A stretch of DNA of 59,677 nt, counting the filler, from Basidioascus undulatus (Eukaryota), in NCBI GenBank assembly GCA_000826855.1. It is 6 parts of 6 records of this genome, joined end to end, with 100 filler letters (N's around TTAATTAATTAA, not from the genome) between each part and the next. Parts side by side here need not be neighbours in the genome. Positions count along the whole stretch, not along the records: positions 33,605 to 40,050 come from JTLS01001741.1; positions 40,151 to 46,595 come from JTLS01001742.1; positions 46,696 to 53,139 come from JTLS01001743.1; 3 more parts are not named here. One strand, 5' to 3'. A program made the translations under genes and the position numbers. Numbering within the stretch: the first letter of the stretch is position 1; each line of letters starts with the position of its first letter. The notes below the pieces were generated by a model. It was not told the origin of the DNA. It saw only the letters and a program-made list of their open reading frames with translations, and made no database searches. Shown here in pieces: positions 36,477 through 47,985 of this stretch.

Positions 36477-38540
36477 ATGAACCATTTTTCTCCTCATCCC
36501 AGTCCATTCCTCTCCGCCACCAAACATCGTTCAAGATGATCCTTTCGACAACCCTCCCGCTGCAGTAGGACACTTCAAGCTCCAGGGTTTCGATATGGCG
36601 GAGACATAGTTGAGCTCAGCTGCAGAGACGCAGTTCCAGTCAGGAGCGGCTCCTTCGCGGAGGTATGGAAGGTGTGGAGTGCGAAACACGTGTATCTGTG
36701 GGAAACCGGGGAGGAAGAAGAACATCTGGTGGCCGTGAAACGCTGGGCATTAGATAGGCGGTTTCTGGTGCTTCCGGACTTGCCGTACGCGTTTGCCTGC
36801 TACACTCAAGCCTACCTTTCCACAGATCGTGAACTGGCCGTGCTGCGCGAATACAAAACCACCCGAACATCTGCAACTTCTTTGGTACATGCGCTTGGTT
36901 GACATGCCCTGTCATTGACTAGCCTGACTCGGCCTCTACGGGGTTTAGCCTGGTACCCTTCTCGCGACGTTGCGGTACGCTCTGCCACAGCTCTGATCTT
37001 GAGGAGTGGGCTCCTGCTACCCGCAGACCTACACCTACTACTAGTCTGTCGGTGATTCTTCTTGACTTCCGAATGTTAGATTTGAGTATGCTTGATTACT
37101 GGCACTGTGCAGCGATGGAGCACCTTCCGTGAAGAGACCTAAACCCTCGGATGAAAGACGATTTTCCGCTGAAATGCTTTCGCCATGCAGCTATAGTCTC
37201 GTAGATGTGCGGGACACAATGCATGACAATTGGCGACTGTTGTCACCTTTCACATTGCGACTTTAGTAGGCAATTAATATCCGCTGATGTTGTTCTCTGC
37301 TGATGCACTCTCGAATCCAGTTTGTACCATCTTCTCCGGGCCCTAACCTTCCTTCATCGCAAGGACATAATCCATCGGTTCGCTAGCCATCCGCTACTTA
37401 CTTGGGCAGACTTATGAATTTTTGCCCGGCAGCGACGTAAGCCCCGGGACTATCATGGTGGACCTTCGGGAATGCCTTGAATTCTTTATCGATGAGTCAC
37501 CCTGACTGAAATGTCCAGTTATCAGACTGGCATTCTCAAGCTCTGCGACTTCGGCTTGGCTAAACGGTGGGCGAGCTGCTCCCCAGCTCGGACGTGTATT
37601 TTGAACTAATTACTTGAGCAATGTCATCTAAATCTCGAATCAATAGCCTAGGCATGCGCGATTTTAAAAAGAACAAGCTTACTTGTATACAGGAGCTCAA
37701 GACTATCGCTGTAACATTGGCTTGATCTTGAGGCCGTTGTACGACCTTCAACGAGTAATGACTGTTCATACTGCGCTCATCTAGATGTTTGGGCGGCTGC
37801 CTGCGTCGTTGCGGAGCTTTTTCTGGGAAGACTTCTCTACCATGGAGAAAACGAACAATATCAGCTTCTAAAGATAATCGAGATAAGGAGGAACACCTAC
37901 GTTTCAGGAAATATGCCTAATGAATGAGGACCGGTATGAGGACAGAGCGGTTTGTGGCATTCCTCGCGTGCTTTGTTACCGAATGCAGCAGCTGGCACTG
38001 ACTCTTAGGCCGCGCTATGTCTTCCATAAATAGAGAGGGTGTATTTGGTTTTCATTCAATAGCCTGGGGTTTAGGCTCTGCTTACGCAAAACATTTGCCA
38101 GGTGCCTCTGGAAAGGTTCGGCCACGTGCGAGAGAGACTCACAGCTGTCTAATTTGAACATTCCTCGCAGGTGCTCCACCCGGAACAAGCCCAAACTTGA
38201 ATAATATACTGGACAAGTTTTTGGATTATAAGTAGCCGAGCGAGGCCAGGGCCAGCTTGGGCACATCTACTTCGACGAGCTCCGGGAGCCCTTCATGGCG
38301 CTGGATAACGGTCGACCTTTTCCTCCCTGTTCAACTTCTCGCCTCAAGGTAACTCAAAAGCTTTAGATTTTATTGACTTTGACTGACTGAGGTTGCGCAC
38401 ACTCCAGAGGCTGAGACTCTCAATGGTGTCTACCCAGTTCTTGCGCCGGTTTCGGCACTCCTGCATCCACCTTCCCTCGCGCCGCCGCCTGTCCCGTCCG
38501 AGAGCCAGACGAGGGTCCCTCCACCGAGCGCTCGCACCGC
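36477..38540 (+). pseudogene. Decayed GSK3/Shaggy-like CMGC kinase
   Basis: Collinear relics SGSFAEV, VAVKRWALDRRF|RELAVLR, IIHR|D, TGILKLCDFGLAK, DVWAAACVVAELFLG, QLLKIIEI-GTPT, HIYFDELR...NGRPFPP-LFNF; multiple frameshifts and stops; no recognisable YICSRYYRAPE segment. Confidence 0.8.
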
Positions 38541-39427
38541 TAGCTCTCGTTCTTTCTTCCGAAGCTTGTCCCTGCTCAGGAGGACGGCGCGGAAGACGTA
38601 GTGCCTGGAGGCGGGCTAGAGATCGAGGCGGAGGTCGGCGCTCTTGGGAGAGTACTGCATTCCGCGCTCGCGCCCCGTCAATCCTGGAATCGTCTCGGAC
38701 ATGACTGTAGCACTCGAAAGTGGCAGAAGATGAAAGCGAGCGAGTAGAAGAAATGGAGAGGAGTCGGAAGTGGTGTACATTCGCATTGCACCGGCTGCCT
38801 GCTCCGGTCCGCAGCTGTAAGCGAACTCGTTTGCCAGACCTAACAATGGCCCTTCACAGACAATCATGTTTGGATGAGTCGTATTTTTCAGTGGTTCGAA
38901 CGCCCTAAAAGGTACCTATACCCCAGCCGCGCAACTGCAAAGGCCATCACGCCTGTGGAATAATCCGAGCCGCCCTTCACGTCTTGTCCTGGCCGTCTTC
39001 CCGATGCGGCACAAGCGATGAGGAATCTTCATAAAATCCAGCTCGTACAGTAGACAGCTATAAAGGGCAGTGGTGCCCCGGCGCCGGTAGCCCGCACTGC
39101 ATTTACTGCCGCCCCCCGGGTGAAGTCCAGCCCGCCTGTCCTGCAAGCCCACCTTTCACGACCACGACTGCATAGGAGAAGGCTGGAGAGAGACGGGTTC
39201 GTGCGAGAACGGACGACTAGGACGCTGTTGTCTTGCCTGCCGCAGCGCTGGCTGGCCCCAGCCTCTCCCAACCCGCACCGACACTCCATTACGACCCCAA
39301 CTAAAAGTACGAACGACCTTGCATCCACCCTCCCCCCCTTCTCCCCGACCTTCTCCCTTCCTCAGCTTCTTCCTTCTTTCCTCGGGTTGTAGATCTGACG
39401 TGCTGGTGGTGTGGGGTGATGGGATAG

Positions 39428-40050
39428 GGACGATGACCGTCGGCGACCTTGTCATGGTCAACCAGCTCGTCTTCCAGCTCTCCCTCCCGCTCAACTTCTT
39501 GGGCACCGTCTACCGCGAGCTCCGCCAGAGCTTGATCGACATGGAGACGCTGTTTAATCTGCAGGGCGTGGACGTGGCTGTGAAGGTGGGTGGCTTCTTG
39601 GGGCGTTTGGGTGGGGGCGGGCTGCTTGGGTCTTACGAGAGAAAGAATTCGTGCTGAGGGGGAGGAGGCTGGCGAGGACAGAACCGCGCGGACGCGCCCC
39701 CGCTCAAGCTCAGCAAGGGCGGCGAGATCCGGTTCGAGAACGTCAAGTTCGGGTACCATGCATCGTGCGTGGTTTCTTCCGTTCTTGCACCCAAGGTTAC
39801 GATAGCAGGAAAGACCGCCAGCTCATCATCCCCTTACCCAGCCGCCCCATCTTCCGCGACGTCTCGTTCACAATCCCTGCCGGCCGCAAAGTCGCCATCG
39901 TCGGCCCGTCCGGCTCTGGCAAATCCACCATCTTCCGCCTCCTCTTCCGGTTCTACGAGCCCACCTCGGGGACAATCACGGTCGACGGCCAGCCGATCGA
40001 CGCTGTGCAGCTGGAGTCGCTCCGGCGCGCGATCGGCGTCGTCCCGCAGG
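39428..40050 (+). CDS. ATM1: Mitochondrial ABC transporter Atm1/ABCB7, last TM helix and NBD start only
   Basis: [52 protein letters not shown], Walker [20 protein letters not shown]; three exons in frame; 3' end in gap, 5' half absent upstream. Confidence 0.9.
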
Positions 40051-40150
40051 NNNNNNNNNNNNNNNNNNNNNNNNNNNNNNNNNNNNNNNNNNNNTTAATT
40101 AATTAANNNNNNNNNNNNNNNNNNNNNNNNNNNNNNNNNNNNNNNNNNNN
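40051..40150. other. Artificial contig spacer
   Basis: Same linker. Confidence 0.97.
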
Positions 40151-40221
40151 GTAGCGATAGACGACGGGCTGAGGCGCTTGTACTCCTCGCGCTCTAGGAG
40201 GGAGATCAAGGCGGGATCCAT
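40151..40221 (-). CDS. Possible first codons of a gene running into the gap
   Basis: ATG at 40221, MDPALISLLEREEYKRLSPSSIA, preceded by a CT-rich leader and a TTAAAA box; too short to classify. Confidence 0.3.
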
Positions 40222-41054
40222 ACTTCGAGTTGAATATTAAAGGGGGGTTGGGTATACCAAATTGAGAGAGGGCAGAGATGGAGGGATGGGGAGAGGAACG
40301 AAGGAGGGGAGGAGGGGAGAGAGATGGGAAGGGAGGCTGAGCCGTCCTATGAGCACGCCTCCTTTTAAGGAGCTCAGAAACAGGGAAGGCTTGAACGCTT
40401 CTATGACCTCCATGCCGGCCCCCCATGTAACATCAGTCCGGAAAAAGACGCAGATAAATATGGGACGGGTGGACTGGAATGGGAGAGCGGTGTTCACTGA
40501 ATGCCAGCGACAGATGTTCCTTGAAAGGCTGTCCTGCTTATGGTCGGGACCGCGCGGGGTCCCTCAAAGACGGCTGTACGCGGCCTGCAGCTTTTTATTT
40601 GGAGAGGATTGCATGTGGAATATTCAGAGAAAAACATGCTCTTGTGTTGCGTGTTAGCGCGTGGGGTGCGCTCTGCGTTGGGATGCGGCAGGCAGCCTTC
40701 GGAGAAATGGCATGGCATCGCCAGTCCCATTCAGTCGTCCATGTCTGGTTACTGTCAAAGAAATCAAAGAAACTCACTTGCCTCCAGTCTTCTCGTTATC
40801 TTCTTGGAGATTCTCAACAAAGATTCAGCAGTTCGCTTTTCCGCGAGGAGAGTGCAGCCTGGGCGTTTTGCGGCGAAACTTAACAACAGACAGAACTCGG
40901 CCGAAGTTTCCATTCCGTCCCACTCGACTATTTCTTCCTCTTGCACGATTCCTTCTAAGCATTAGGAGATGTGCCACATCTGGCAGACACATTGTCCCGA
41001 TAAATCAATGAAGATGCGTGCGAGCCCGCACGACAAACGCAGCGCCCTCAACGC

Positions 41055-43910
41055 TCACACCCTGACCAAGTCCACCCTCGCACGATCCCACACGCGGTGC
41101 TCCACATGCTCCCCTTCGACGACCTCCAGCCCTGCGCGGTCCATGGCGTGCACGCTGATCTTTGCGAACGTCCCCGCGGACTGCGCCTTTGTCGAGAAGC
41201 CGGGGTTGATGACGAGCGTGGAGTCGACGACCTGCGCCGTTACCATTGTCAGCGCTAAGTGGATAACAACGGGGGAGGGAGTGAGGGTTGGGTTGACGGA
41301 CCTTCGCGAAGTGCTTGAGCATGCTCGGGAGGATGAGCACGTCCGGCACGACGTCACCGGCGAACTTGAGGAGGTGCTGGTGCGTGAGGTCGAGGTTGAC
41401 GTCCGGGGCCGACTCCTTCGGTGCGGGAAAGATCGGGTAGAAGCTGCGAGCGAACGAGCTTCATGAGTAAGCCAGACTGGCGGCGTTGAGAGCCATTGAA
41501 AGAGACCGCAGGCGCACCTCCGCTGGCCGAGGACATGCCGGCACAGCATGGCCATGGAGTCCTTCAGCGGCGCGGGCTCCGAGCTCGGCTCAGCTTCCGC
41601 AGCCTTCTTGAAGAACTCTTCCTTGCGCAGGTGGAAGAGGACGTCGACAGTAGATACGCCGAAGACAACCTCGTTGATCGAGAATACCGCCGGGTTAGGG
41701 AGGAGCTTGCAGCGCTGTTTATCCCATCCAAACCGCATCTTCAGTCCATGACCGCGGCGCGCTGAGTAAAGTTGAAAGAGGACGTACCTTCTGCGGCGGC
41801 AGCCCGAGCTCCTCGTCCCGCTGGAGATGACTTTGCGGGAACGCGATGTGCGCCGAGATCAGGTCCCGCACGCTGGGGATGAGGATGGCCGTCGTGCCCC
41901 GCGCGGAATCGAGCGTCTCGGCCAATCGTCGACCGACGCGCGTCCGGAAGATCTCCGAGGGAGTTTGGTCGACGTCGCCGGCCTTGATGAGGGGGTGGGA
42001 GGCGTCGACAAACGGCCCGAGCTGCGACGAGCAGGGAAGATCTCGGCTTCAGGGGATGCGGACGATAGACGAGCGGGAACGCACCAGGAGGAGGACGTCG
42101 GGCTGTTGTACGCGCACTTCGGAGAGGACTGCATTGAGCGGCGCGTACTCGAGGTCGCTGTCGAGCGTGTACGGGCCCGAGGCGACCATTACGGAGAAAG
42201 GACTGCCGGCGAGGCGGTCTGAGTCATACTGGAGGTCGAGGAGGTCGGAAGCGGGGGTAGCGGCGAGGGGGAGAGGAGGCATCTGGGTCGGGTGCCGAAT
42301 ATCAGTCAGTTATCCTGAGTTCGACAAGCAGGATCGATAGTTCGTGGAGAGCGATGCACCATGAACACTTCGTCGACGCCAAACCACCCACCACCGCCGT
42401 TCTTGCCTCGCACACCAACGATCTGCCCCGGGAAGAGGCCCACGCCCTCGGCGCCTGGTGCGCCGCCGCGGACGACACAGTCGGGCGCGAAGCGGAGGGG
42501 GATGCGGATGCCGGAGCCCATCATGCGCGAGGACTCGAGGATCACGGACGACTCGGAGAGCTTGGCGGACTCGGCGTCTGAGCAGATCCGCCCGACGCAG
42601 AGAACGGGTTCCTGTGGCGAGGTTGGAAGGGCTAGTCAGCTAGGAGATGCTGCAGACGGCGAGTGCGGGTTTGTGAGGCGCGTACGGAGGTCGCGGCGCC
42701 TGGATCGGCGAGGTCGGAAATGCCATAGTGCTGCCGGACCACGTGTGCAAAGCTGTCTATCAGATCGTCCAGAACTGCAAATACGCCAGCACCGGATTAA
42801 CTGCTGCTTGGGTACGAGTCTGCAGGAGGGATCTTCACGCACCTTCGCTGCGCTCCGAAATCTTCTCAAACATGTACCGATCTAGGACCCGAGTCTCGCT
42901 TGTCAGCACCCCATATACCGCACCGCAGCCCCGTCCAGTCCTCGGAACACTCACATCCGTACAGCTTGATGTCCGATGCGGAGCTCAAAGCGACCCTAGA
43001 CTTCGGGCCGGGGTTCGCAGGCGCCGGGGCCGGTTCGAGATGCGCATTCAGCGACTCGGCGAGCTCGCCTGCGTTCGTGCGCGTGTGGAACTTCCCCGAG
43101 CCGGCGGTCGGGGTAGGGCTACCAAATCCCCGTCATACCCATCATCAGACCTCGCGTCGCACTGATCGGGCGCACAGCAAGGGAGACACGTACAAGCCGT
43201 TCGAGCCTGAGGGACTAGATCCGAATGCGGGAGCGGGGCGGGCGGGGGGGCGGAAGTTGGTGCACGACAGGGCGGTCGGCGTCGCCATCCCGCCGAGGGC
43301 GGACGGGGGCGGCCGAGCCTTGATCGTCCCCGGCGTCGCCCGTCCGTTGGCCGCAGCCCGCTTCGCAAGCGGTGTCTGCGGCGCAATGCCCCCGAGCCTA
43401 TCCTCCCACACATGAGCGTCCCAATCCTCTCAGCTTATCAAAGCACGCGACTCACAGTCCTTCAATGCCCTCTCCCATCCTACCCTGCCTCCGCTTGGTC
43501 CCGAGTCCCGCGCTCCCGCCGCCCAGCCGGGGTGTCCCGTCCGCCTCAGCGCCGCCGAACCCCTTTCCTGCAGCCTGTACATCCGCCTGGATGACCTTCT
43601 TGAGCTCGCGGAGGTTGTCGACGTTGATCTTGAGCGGCTCGCGCGCCCGCCCGCCCGGCGGGGGCGCCGCGGAGGTCTCGGAGTTGATCACGTAGGCTTC
43701 CCACTTGTAGTAGAGCTCGTCGGGGGGCATGGAGTAGAGGCGGGAGATGGAGAGGCCTGGGAAGGGAGGAATCAGTACTGCTACACGGCGTGTGCGGGAG
43801 GCGCCAGGTTGGAGAAGACGCGAGTACGGACACTCTTTCATGGCGTCTTCGTTGCGCAGAGCATCGCCGAAATGCTGCAGGAGCGCCGCTCGGGTTTTTG
43901 ATTCGTCCAT
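41055..43910 (-). CDS. POL12: DNA polymerase alpha-primase subunit B
   Basis: ELYYKWEAY, YRYMFEKISERSE, VGRICSD, ILESSRMMGSGIRIPL, LFPGQIVGVRGKN, VASGPYT, GPFVD, LLPNPAVFSINEV, PDVLILPS, INPG. Confidence 0.94.
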
Positions 43911-44002
43911 GGTGAGTAATCCAAGATTGTATGAGGAGGATATGGAGGAGAGTGAGGAGCAGATGGAAGGGGAAGGCAAAGGCTGAGCGCGCTCAAGGGG
44001 AG

Positions 44003-44038
44003 GCGCGTCTGGACGCGTCAAATGAAGCGCGTCCGCGA
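44003..44038. promoter_or_regulatory. Cluster of MCB-like (ACGCGT/CGCG) elements in the POL12 promoter
   Basis: gcgcgt 44003, acgcgt 44013, gcgcgt 44027, cgcga 44034, about 95-130 bp upstream of the ATG. Confidence 0.45.
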
Positions 44039-44820
44039 CCGAGCCTTTGAGACCCAGATGCGGGTCCGGAAACGCTGTATGCCGCAACGACCGAATAGAA
44101 CAGCATGCTTTGTTCAACTCTGCACTTCAATTCCAATTAACTGCGATTAAGATTCTACACACACCCTGTGCGTAATCCAGGGCCGCAACAGTTACAGTGA
44201 CGCTCAGCGAGGCCAAGCGAGGCTCACTGCGCAGTCACGCTCACTGCGGCAGCGGGGCCGCCTCCCAGTCAATGAAACTTGCAGCTCGCTATTGTAAGTG
44301 CGGCGGTCTTCATTCAAGAGCATGAAGCACAAGAGAAGATAAGACATCTCAAAGCCAATCAAATCCCAAGGCTTTCCCAACGGGAGGAACTGCCGCCCTG
44401 ACGAGTGAAAGTGCGCTAAGCTCGAAACGACGAGATCAAGTGACCCGCCGGCGAGACCCGCAGCTGTCACTTGCCACGAGCACCTGCGCACGACGCAGAT
44501 GGCAGAAGGTAAAAAGGCCAATGCCCCAAAGACGAGTAACTAAAACAAAGAGCCCAATGACGCATAATGGAGAATCGCAAGAAGGCGTAGCGTAGCGTAG
44601 ATAGGGGCGGGTGGGCGGCGTGGGGTGCGGTGTGAAGAGTGCGATGCGATGTGCGGGTGCTTGGATCGGCAAAAACGGTGGTCATAATACAGGGCGTGCG
44701 GGACGTAAACAATAAGGGGTGTGAAAGCAAACTGCGAAGCGGAAGGCGGGGGGCGGCGGAGAGGAAGTGGGCGGGGGGAAGAGCAATAAGGTAGAGAGTG
44801 ATGGGCGGCAGCTAGGAGCC

Positions 44821-45414
44821 TCACTCCTTCTTCTCCTCCTTCTTGTCCTCCGGCCCAGAGAGCGGGACGCCCACCCCACCAGAGATGCTCTCTTTGCGCT
44901 CCTTGCCCGGCGAGTGTCCGGACGCACCCGTCGGCGAGGATGCGAGGACGCCCTGCGCACCGCCGTTGGCGGGCGGCGAGGAGTGGGGGATGCTGCACGG
45001 CGACAGGGATAGCCACATATCAGCACACACACAACAAGGCGCCCGAAACGACCGCCGGAAGCAGCTGGGAGGACTCACGTCTCAGGCTTAGGGATCGCCG
45101 TGCCTACGGGCTCGCTCGACGTCTTGACGCCCGCCTTCTGCATCGCGTAGTCGCCAGAGTCAAAGTATTGCCTCTGCTCGTCCATCCCCGCATCAGCGCT
45201 ATTAACCAACACCCCAGGAAACGGACGCGGGCTCACCCCCTTGTTGGCGCCAAGGAGCGCACCGGGCGCGCCCTTCTTGGGCTTGAGGTTACCGTACTTC
45301 GCCTTGAGCTGGGCCTCCTGCTCCTGTGACCCGCCCGTACTCCCAGCGTCAATACCTGAGGAGGATTCGAGCACCACATCACGGATGGCACAGGCATACC
45401 CTGAAGTCGGCCAT
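44821..45414 (-). CDS. Endosulfine/ARPP19 family protein (Igo1-like PP2A inhibitor)
   Basis: MADFR|EQEAQLKAKYGNLKPKK...|RQYFDSGDYAMQKAG...VGTAIPKPE|IPHSSP; Greatwall/Rim15 site FDSGDY intact. Confidence 0.9.
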
Positions 45415-46430
45415 GGCAGCGGGTGGAAGTGGCGTGGGAGGATGGACGGGAGTGATGGGAGTTTCAGGCAGCCGCTGCTCAGCGGTTGCGGGTCGGCTCG
45501 GGTCGGTCCCGGGGGAGAAGGCGGCGTGGGGCTCGGGAAAGAATACGTGAAACGGTGGAAGAGAAAGCGATGAAGATTGATAAGTGGCCTGGGTGGGAAC
45601 GAAGCGGGCGAGGAGGAGAGGGAAGGCGGTGGGAACCAACCTAGCTTGGTCGCTGCTCAGGTTAGGTTCGAGAGGCTAGAGGTCCTCAAATGACGAAATC
45701 TTAGTTCCCTAGGCCCCAGCTGCTTCGGTGCCAGCTTGCCATCCTCTTTGGGCTGTCCCGATAAGCAGGCACACTGGATCAGGTGCAGTCCAGTCGTCGT
45801 TTGGTAGCCCTGGTGCGTGAAAACAGCGGGCGGGCGGGCGGAGTGCAAGCGGAGCGCAGGGCCGGAAGACGGCAGCTGGCAGGCGACGGCGCACATGTGA
45901 AACACACGTTGACATTTGCAGCGGCTGCATGAGATTTTCAGTCTTGTACCGTACAGTTCCTCAACTTACCAAGCTGAAACTACAGTAACGCAGAATGATG
46001 AAAGTCGGGAATAGAACATGGGAAATGATTGAGCTGAGCACAGAACGGGTTCCTCCCTGCTGTGCCGCGAGCATTCACGCTCTCCCTAAGGCTGGAACCC
46101 ATACCCATACTTATACTCTTTTCCACGTATGTATGAGTTTGTGTATGAGTATGAGGATGTATGTCCATACTACCTCATAATATGAGGTTTGTATGAGGCT
46201 GGTGCATTTCTGAGGACATCTGCACAACGCTTGACAGCCAACACCCAAACAATGTTCAAACTCATGGCAGCAGCGGTCTATTTCATCAGAAGATTGTGCA
46301 AACATGCAAGAATCCATGAATCCAGGGAAGCTCTATAGGAGCATATCTAAGCTGACCTAGCCTTTCGCCATATGGCCCTGGCAACGCTCCAGCAAGTGTC
46401 TGTGCATGTCATGAACCAAGCCAGCAACAC

Positions 46431-46549
46431 TATTGCCACAGTTTCTAGCAGCTTCCACTCCATTTCCACAGTTCTAGCAAGCTCTACCCCATTGCAACAG
46501 TTCTAGCAAGCTCTATACTCCATTGCCACAGTTCTAACAGTTTCCACTC
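46431..46549. repeat. Four imperfect ~30-bp tandem repeats at a contig end, likely a transposon or LTR edge
   Basis: Consensus cattgccacagttctagcaagctctatactc at 46431, 46461, 46490, 46521; TATATAAG at 46568; CpG-poor surroundings. Confidence 0.75.
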
Positions 46550-46595
46550 CACCCCCTCTCTCTTGTCTATATAAGCCCCCTGGTTAGCTAGCCTC

Positions 46596-46695
46596 NNNNN
46601 NNNNNNNNNNNNNNNNNNNNNNNNNNNNNNNNNNNNNNNTTAATTAATTAANNNNNNNNNNNNNNNNNNNNNNNNNNNNNNNNNNNNNNNNNNNN
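46596..46695. other. Artificial contig spacer
   Basis: Same linker. Confidence 0.97.
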
Positions 46696-47585
46696 CATCA
46701 GTATGTCCCCCCCCCTTCCTCCTCCCGTCCAAACAAACAAACACTTACAGTACCCCAAGTCCCACAAAATATGCCTAATCCCATTGAACGTGTGATACGT
46801 AAAGCTGGCCGCAATGGGCGTCTTGATCGCGAGCTTGAGCCACTCGGGCAGGGAGTGAACCAAGCTGATTATCGTTCCGGAGTCGAGAGCGGGGATGAAG
46901 AGGTAGGAGATTGCGAAGCCGTAGAGGGCTTGAGGGGGGGGTGTGAGAGGGGAAGGGGAAGGGGAGAGAGGGGAGATGGACGCACTGACGCCCAGTGCCA
47001 CGCCGGTTACGCGGTTCGCGATGCTCATGAGCCAGGTGAGCTGAGGCTGGTAGATTGTAAAGTGCGGGGAGACGGGTCCTGTATCGTTTCATGGATGCCG
47101 TAAGTTATACAGCTTCCCAACAACCTGGAAAAGGGAGGGGGGACGCGCGCTCTTTGCGCTGCTCCTCGAGCAGCTGGTACTCCGCCTCCTCGGGCAGCGG
47201 CTTGACGTGCAGGTCGGTTTGAGGGGCTTTGGTAGTCGCAGGTCTGTACATGCACATAAAAAAAGCGCTGAAGATATGGCACCAGATTCAAGAGCGTAGA
47301 GAAGCGACTCGCCTCGCAGGCAGCCGCTGCAGCGTCCGGCTCAGCGGGAATGCAGCCGGCGTGACGAACGGCTTAGTGTTGAGGCCTACACCTTCATCCC
47401 AACACTACCTACTCACTTCCGTTTCCCCAACCACCTTTTCTTTTGCTAGACAGGGAGGACAGTTACTTACCGCCTCCTCCCGCCCACCGCATCCGCGCCC
47501 CATCACGCGCAGTGGTCCGCAAGCTGCGGACAAGCACAGCTGCGCCCGTCGTGCTCCGCGCGCTGGTCTTGAGTAAGGGAATCAT
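46696..47585 (-). CDS. SDH3: Succinate dehydrogenase cytochrome b560 subunit (last exon in gap)
   Basis: Presequence MIPLLKTSARSTT..., LLEEQRKE|RPVSPHFTIYQPQLTWLMSIANRVTG, YHTFNGIRHILWDLGY; introns 2 and 3 have GC donors. Confidence 0.93.
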
Positions 47586-47985
47586 GGATCTGGAGAGGAA
47601 TGCGAATGTGGTTGAAACTGTGCAGTACTTTCGCGAGAGGGGGGGAGGCAGGGTCAGTAGAGCAAGCCGGCGAGGAAAGAAAGGACGACGCAGCGGTTGC
47701 GGAGTCTGAGCATTTTCGCGTGTCCTGGCTTCAATGTTAGGGGTGCATCTTTCTCTTCACGTGCCATCGCAAGTTGCTGCCCGCCTTCCATTCAGTCCCT
47801 CACTTTCGCCCTGCCGGTCTGGCCTCGGTGTGCTCTCGCACGACTGCCTCTTCCCCTCCAGCGCAAGATCCAGAAAGCGTCACGCGACGCCGCCGCGCAG
47901 CCTTCTTTGGCACCAAGAAATCAGCCTATCAATATCAAATCAGCCGCCTTCCCTGCCCTCCGTCCTTCCCCCCTGGACCTGCGAG

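Noticed and set aside
46431..46549. ~30-bp repeats as a CRISPR array
   Set aside because: Units are directly adjacent with no unique spacers, are degenerate, lack cas genes and sit in a eukaryotic genome.
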